NCBI GenBank assembly: GCA_041665005.1
Contig: JBAYJR010000003.1
Coordinates: 17,102-81,101, forward strand
Length of the DNA: 64,000 nt
Origin: Candidatus Buchananbacteria bacterium
GTDB taxonomy: Bacteria > Patescibacteriota > Patescibacteriia > 2-01-FULL-39-33 > JBAYJR01
Direction: 5' to 3'
Shown: positions 62,091 to 64,000 of the stretch, in pieces
Numbering within the stretch: the first letter of the stretch is position 1
Layout: every line of letters begins with the position of its first letter
Program-made: the position numbers and the translations under genes
The notes under the pieces: model-generated
What the model was told of the DNA's origin: nothing
The model's input: only the letters and a program-made list of their open reading frames with translations
The model's database searches: none

Positions 62091-62240
62091 AAGATAAGTT
62101 AAAATAATATTTAGTTATTATAAAACTTTTTAGACCATCTTGACAAAGATTTAAAAGGGGGATATAATAAAATATCAAAAAAAATTATTGAAAGATCATT
62201 GAAAGAGAGATAAAATTTACAGAAAAGGGAGGCGCTCATA

Positions 62241-62525
62241 ATGGGCTGTAGTAAGAACAGGACCAAAAATTTACAGTTCAAAAAAGTTAAATTGCGTTAT
62301 CGGGTTGAGTATGATTTAAACCCAAATTGTTTTGTGGAATGTTCGGCCTACAGTGAAGCCCAGGCTTGTGGGTATGTTTCTTCTCATAAAAGAGAGCTTT
62401 GTAAAAATTGGGGGATTAATCTTAGTTTTATTAATTCCTCTACCTTAAAAGCTTTTGTTTTGGGAAGGGCTTATCAAAAAGTAATTGTGGTCGCTGAACA
62501 GTTGGAATTTAATTTCCTCCGCTAA
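62241..62525 (+). CDS. Orphan hypothetical protein
   Basis: GGGAGG SD; TTGACA-17-TATAAT promoter. Confidence 0.55.
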   Translation: MGCSKNRTKNLQFKKVKLRYRVEYDLNPNCFVECSAYSEAQACGYVSSHKRELCKNWGINLSFINSSTLKAFVLGRAYQKVIVVAEQLEFNFLR

Positions 62526-62609
62526 ATTAATAAAATTTAGCGGTTTTTTTACCAGAAATTATTTTTGTCAGGTATTGACAAAATTATTAACCTATGCTAT
62601 ACTATATAA

Positions 62610-62800
62610 TCACTAGGAGTTAATTGAAATTGTCCAATAAACAGCTATCTATCAGTGGCGAGAGCCTGGTTCCCTCCTACCACGCTGATAGCCTAAAGCT
62701 GGGACTTTAGGATGGTTCCTAAACGTTCCACACTGGTAGGTGGCTGTTTGTTGAACACTTTAGTTATAAAAATCACCCCGGTTAGCGGAGTGATTTTTTT
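62610..62800 (+). ncRNA. Unassigned structured small RNA candidate
   Basis: TTGACA-17-TATACT promoter; 27-bp helix 62631-62657/62731-62757 with 4 G.U pairs; terminator 62769-62800. Confidence 0.7.
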
Positions 62801-62815
62801 GTTGAATAAAAAGGT

Positions 62816-63385
62816 TTAGCGTTGATTGTATAAGTTGCTGGCCTGGGCCAATTCTCCGGCTAAAATTAAGTTGATGGCGTTTAATAGGTTAGGCCAGAGT
62901 TTAGTTAGTTGTTTTTTTTCGTCAGCGGTTAGTTTGCTTAAAACAATGTTTTCCGCTTTATTTTTTTGTTCAGGATTTTTAATGCCTAGCCGTAAACGAA
63001 TAAAATTTTGCGTCCCCAGTTCTTTAATAATAGAAGCCACGCCGTTATGTCCGGCGGCCGAGGCATTAAGGCTAATTTTAAAGCGGCCTTGAGTTAGATC
63101 AAAATCGTCATGGATAATAATTAGGTCAGCTGGCTTGATTTTATAAAAATTAGTAATTTTTTGGACCGCTTGGCCGGATAAATTCATATAGGTTTGCGGT
63201 TTGGCTAAAATTATTTTTTCGCCGGTCACTTTACTTTCGGCTAATTCGGCTTGGAACTTAGTATTTTTTCGCCAAGTGCTGGCCGCTAATTCTTTAGCTA
63301 ATTTTTCCACCGCCCAAAAACCCAAATTGTGTTTGGTGTGGTTATAAGTTTTGCCAGGGTTACCTAGGCCGATGATTAAATGCAT
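62816..63385 (-). CDS. pth: Peptidyl-tRNA hydrolase
   Basis: IGLGNPG..T.HN.GF, KPQTYMNLSG, HDD.D, GHNG. Confidence 0.97.
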   Translation of the reverse strand: MHLIIGLGNPGKTYNHTKHNLGFWAVEKLAKELAASTWRKNTKFQAELAESKVTGEKIILAKPQTYMNLSGQAVQKITNFYKIKPADLIIIHDDFDLTQGRFKISLNASAAGHNGVASIIKELGTQNFIRLRLGIKNPEQKNKAENIVLSKLTADEKKQLTKLWPNLLNAINLILAGELAQASNLYNQR

Positions 63386-63645
63386 AGGGTTGGGTAGTTG
63401 AAAGTATAAAGGGGAAAGTATAAAGTATAAAGTAGAAAGTGGAGGATGATTATATTTTAGCTTAATCGCTGGGGCTTCGCAAGGTTCAGGATCTAATCCC
63501 TTGTTATCCCGAGTTTGCTTACCTGCTGATGTGCTTAATTGCTTACTCGCTTATTCTAGCCTAATTTGTTTGTAAAAAGTATGGGTTTTTGTTAAGATAG
63601 ACACAGTTTAGCTTTTAAACACCAGTTAAATTTTGAAATATTTAT

Positions 63646-64000
63646 ATGCCCCAACTTTGCCCCGAACTTACAACCAAACTAGAATCTCTTAAACAACTTA
63701 AACAAGGGTTTGATTTGGAGATAATCAAAGCGCAAAGTCTAAGTCATAATAAATCAGAGGATTTAGTTTCAGTTAGAGAAGCTAAAATAAGATTAGAGCA
63801 AAAGCTAGAGCAAATCTCAAAAATATTATGGCAAGAGTTTTATGTCAATTCTCCCCGAGGACTAACCGCTGTAGAAAAGAAAATAAATTATCATGTAATT
63901 GAAACTCTCGAAGGACATGCTAATGCTGTGTTCACTCTCCAGGTCCTACCTGATGGTCGCATTGTTTCGGGTAGTGGTGATAAGACTATTAAAATCTGGC
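63646..64000 (+). CDS. Shared-leader protein with WD40 repeat (partial, missed by the ORF track)
   Basis: MPQLCPELTTKLESLKQLKQGFDLE..then TLEGHANAVFTLQVLPDGRIVSGSGDKTIKIW. Confidence 0.85.
   Translation, partial: MPQLCPELTTKLESLKQLKQGFDLEIIKAQSLSHNKSEDLVSVREAKIRLEQKLEQISKILWQEFYVNSPRGLTAVEKKINYHVIETLEGHANAVFTLQVLPDGRIVSGSGDKTIKIW

Noticed and set aside
62680-62720. Hammerhead or HDV ribozyme, or purine riboswitch
   Set aside because: CTGATAG is not CUGANGA and there is no GAAA core; purine-riboswitch junction motifs and a downstream sense gene are absent

Overview
Chromosomal segment of a low-GC bacterium, most likely Patescibacteria/CPR (inferred from gene content, mostly SD-less core genes, homodimeric-type GlyRS and CPR-typical hypotheticals). 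It uses the standard code, and the + strand looks G/T-rich outside the foreign segments. The backbone carries rpsO-NYN-pnp, DksA-like-lspA-comM, groES/EL with CIRCE, ppsA, lgt, cls, csp, infC-rpmI-rplT, tmRNA-smpB, glyQS, lemA, parA/parB, rel, topA, dprA, pth and six tRNA genes. A 13.5-kb serine-integrase element (9396-22903) is inserted exactly in the comM Walker-B codons (FL|DE) at a TT core. It carries a Type III R-M with an extra nuclease, a SEC-C/PIN-like protein, a membrane thermonuclease behind a structured RNA leader, a rep gene with iterons, a Ser-to-Ala recombinase paralog, and an integrase whose C-terminus is swapped by recombination. A second element appears to end at tRNA-His on the left edge. 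At the right end, three genes share a ~55-aa N-terminal leader (two also share the promoter region) fused to different C-termini (DGR-target/CLec-like, WD40). Also seen: several unassigned structured RNAs, a leader-peptide attenuator, and dispersed SD-led orphan cassettes. All family assignments come from motif recognition by eye; no database search was run.
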